Translations under genes and position numbers: made by a program
Source: the human T2T-CHM13v2.0 reference genome, Homo sapiens
Direction: 5' to 3' (one strand)
Assembly: GCF_009914755.1 (NCBI RefSeq)
Contig: NC_060928.1
DNA length: 64,000 bases
Shown here: in pieces, positions 63,142 through 64,000 of the stretch
Layout of the letters: each line of letters opens with the position of its first letter
Position numbering within the stretch: the first letter of the stretch is position 1
The notes under the pieces: model-generated
The model's input: only the letters and a program-made list of their open reading frames with translations
Database searches by the model: none
What the model was told of the DNA's origin: nothing

Positions 63142-63380
63142 GCGATCTCAGCTCACCATAACTTCCGCCTCTCGGGCTCAAGAGATTCTCCCACCTCAAC
63201 CTCCCGAGTAGCCGGGACTACAGGCGTTCACCACCACACCAGGCTAATTTTTGTATTTTTAGTAGAAACGGGGTTTCGCCATGTTAGCCAGGCTGGTCTC
63301 CAACTCCTAACCTCAAGTGATCCGCCCGCCTCGGCCTCCCAAAGTGCTGGGATCACAGACGTGAGCCACCGCGTTCGGCC
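63142..63380 (-). mobile_element. AluS lacking its 3' end/A-tail, abutting the SNHG8 promoter
   Basis: Antisense Alu from gcgatctcagctca to gcgttcggcc, joined directly to an old L1M fragment (62810-63140). Confidence 0.9.
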
Positions 63381-63429
63381 CCTTTTTCTAATATTGTCTA
63401 AAATAAGTATCCTAAACAGGAAATACCAA

Positions 63430-63733
63430 AAAAATCCCCCTCGCTTTCGTGACCTACACCGGTAAGCGTCAGGATCTTTCGCTATGCGAGAACCTTTTGG
63501 CTCTCGTATGTGCGCATGCGTCTGGATCCGGAGCCAGGTGACCCGCTCAGACGTGGACCATGTGCGGGGGAGGGGGGAAAGGAGCCGCGAAGGGGGTGGT
63601 AGACGGAACAGGTGGAGCCGCGGCGGGGCTAGGCGGGGCGGGGAGTGAAACAGCATAGGCTCCGCCCCTCGCGGCGCTTCCCCCGGAATAGCGTCATCAG
63701 TTCTATAAGAGAGCGTGTGCCGAAGGCCTCGGC
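63430..63733 (+). promoter_or_regulatory. SNHG8: CpG-island promoter of SNHG8
   Basis: CpG-dense. NRF1-like TGCGCATGCG at 63511, GC box GGGGCGGGG at 63635, ETS-like CCGGAA at 63683, half-CRE GCGTCA at 63691, and TATAAGA at 63704, about 30 nt before a CCTTTC TCT initiator. Confidence 0.85.
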
Positions 63734-64000
63734 CTTTCACATTCGGGAAGCGTCGGGATTAGGTGAAAGTACGTAGTTGTCTTTCGTAAGTTAAAATGAT
63801 AATTGGGCCGAAACTTACTGCCTTACCTAAAAGGCAGCGCAGTCAGGATATTGGTAGGTCGGGGGCGGCTTTGGAAACCCTTAAGTTTACAAGCATGCGC
63901 GGACTTGAGTGCTCATTAGGTCGCCGGGCGTCCACGTGCAGCCCTGGACCCTGAACCCCGGCGTGCGTGGGCCGTGGGCCCTCGGGGAAAGGTTCCGTGC
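63734..64000 (+). ncRNA. SNHG8: 5' end of small nucleolar RNA host gene 8 (5'TOP transcript), continues beyond the window
   Basis: Starts CTTTCAC, a TCT/TOP pattern typical of snoRNA host genes, with candidate donors GTACGT (63769) and GTAAGT (63786). The identity rests on recalled synteny about 20 kb 3' of NDST3. Confidence 0.8.
63796..63954 (+). CDS. Small ORF, 52 aa: MIIGPKLTALPKRQRSQDIGRSGAALETLKFTSMRGLECSLGRRASTCSPGP* (candidate SNHG8 microprotein)
   Basis: Translated by hand. First AUG after the inferred TSS, A at -3 (AAAATGA), TGA at 63952-63954. Shorter than any ORF in the supplied track. Confidence 0.55.
   Translation: MIIGPKLTALPKRQRSQDIGRSGAALETLKFTSMRGLECSLGRRASTCSPGP

Noticed and set aside
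63228-63740. 170-aa minus-strand ORF across the promoter
   Set aside because: Non-ATG start, a CpG-island stop deficit, and a C-terminal third derived from Alu.
63796-63954. ATGATAA...CTGA as a possible box C/D snoRNA
   Set aside because: Box C mismatches RUGAUGA and there is no terminal stem. The snoRNA hosted by SNHG8 is the H/ACA SNORA24, expected beyond the window end.

Overview
Mammalian (human-type) genomic DNA, not prokaryotic. The + strand carries the last eight coding exons of the heparan sulfate N-deacetylase/N-sulfotransferase NDST3. All have GT-AG boundaries and splice in frame to 1083 nt (360 aa + stop), ending ...RQELQKVR*. A ~2.9 kb 3'UTR ends near an AATAAA at 43595. About 20 kb of repeat-rich intergenic DNA follows (Charlie1, MLT2, L2, a solo LTR12/ERV9 LTR, MST/MLT1, Alus). 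The window ends in a CpG-rich TATA + TCT/5'TOP promoter that I recognise as the snoRNA host gene SNHG8; its snoRNA SNORA24 should lie beyond the window end. The best non-obvious signals are (i) a 52-codon ORF at 63796-63954, missed by the ORF track, which opens at the first AUG after the TOP start and would be removed by donors just upstream, (ii) an intact solo LTR12 pointing toward SNHG8, (iii) two CTCF-like motifs, and (iv) several template-switch or duplication scars. I found no evidence of a wholly new multi-gene system. Repeat subfamily names come from recalled consensus sequences and need RepeatMasker/Dfam confirmation.
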